IMG/VR virus record: IMGVR_UViG_2802428989_000001
Coordinates: 1 to 64,000 of that record
Length of the DNA stretch: 64,000 nucleotides
DNA from: a virus
Reading direction: 5' to 3' (one strand)
Shown piece after piece: positions 63,596 to 64,000 of this stretch (its first letter is position 1; each line of letters starts with the position of its first letter). The notes beneath the pieces were generated by a model, which made no database searches, was not told the origin of the DNA, and was given only the letters and a program-made list of their open reading frames with translations. A program made the position numbers and the translations under genes.

Positions 63596-64000
63596 GGCGT
63601 GATGCTAGTACCAACTAGAAACGCAGGGGAGGGGTTATGCCGAACTGCCATCCGGCCATCCCGGATCGGGCGGCAGAGTAGGCGGCGGCTCGGTCCGCAT
63701 GTATGGATCGGGCCAGTCTGTCGGGGTTCCGGGCGCGAGTTTGTTGCACACGCGGACTTGTTCATCGCTGACGCGTGGCTGCTCGAACAGCAACCAGGTT
63801 CCGAACACGTTGTCTGTCGGTCGCCTTGCAGGGCCACGCTGCTGTGCAAGGGGTGCGCGCTGCTGTGCCGGTGTTAGCGAGGGATCGGGACCGAAGATAT
63901 ATGCCTGAGTCACACCGCCAGGTAAGGAGCCTCGGCTGATATAAGTGCCCTCGCGCTCCGTGAGGGTAGGGCCAATTCGGGTGCCTGCACGCCCCCGGTG

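Noticed and set aside
1-64000. tRNA genes and CRISPR arrays.
   Set aside because: No cloverleaf-compatible segment (GTTCGAATCC-type T-loops) and no regularly spaced direct repeats were seen on visual scanning. A tRNAscan-SE or Aragorn run would be needed to exclude tRNAs formally.

Overview
The window is a near-complete temperate siphovirus genome, or a prophage, from a high-GC Actinobacteria host that makes mycolic acids. This is inferred from the gene order and from the lysin B (mycolylarabinogalactan esterase) gene; no host junction or attachment site was found. Reading left to right on the + strand:

- tyrosine integrase (1..1449);
- a divergent immunity switch, with a repressor-like HTH gene on the - strand facing a Cro-like HTH gene and an excisionase-like gene, and five copies of an ACTAGTAG motif in the intergenic region between them;
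- a long early/replication block: C5-cytosine DNA methyltransferase, DnaQ-like exonuclease, RecB/Cas4-like nuclease plus a nuclease-dead paralog, SPFH membrane protein, MazG, a PrimPol-domain protein, a primase C-terminal/RecA-like helicase protein followed by an iteron array, and RusA;
- a glycosylation cassette (GT2-like glycosyltransferase, sugar O-methyltransferase-like protein, second putative glycosyltransferase) set off by a strong terminator;
- HNH endonuclease, terminase small and large subunits, and portal;
- a 1179-aa MuF-family head protein that appears to carry Lys/Ala-rich repeats, a protein-kinase-like core and a C-terminal R-S-E ADP-ribosyltransferase domain;
- scaffold, major capsid, head-tail connectors, major tail protein, frameshifted tail assembly chaperones, a 1518-aa tape measure protein and five minor tail proteins;
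- lysin A, lysin B and holin;
- a right arm containing a phage-encoded DnaN sliding clamp, a leftward operon with a DraG-type ADP-ribosylglycohydrolase, a classic-clade AAA ATPase, and a lipoprotein gene.

The main hypothesis is that the ADP-ribosyltransferase on the MuF head protein and the ADP-ribosylglycohydrolase encoded 24 kb away form an injected effector/reversal pair. Other signals worth checking are a GGTAGAC-NN-GTCTACC operator motif found at three divergent promoters in the right arm, a candidate replication origin (GAAACAGTC iterons), repeated leader motifs upstream of start codons, and several families of tandem paralogs.

No tRNA or CRISPR array was recognised by eye. The many long antisense ORFs in the six-frame track were treated as high-GC artefacts.
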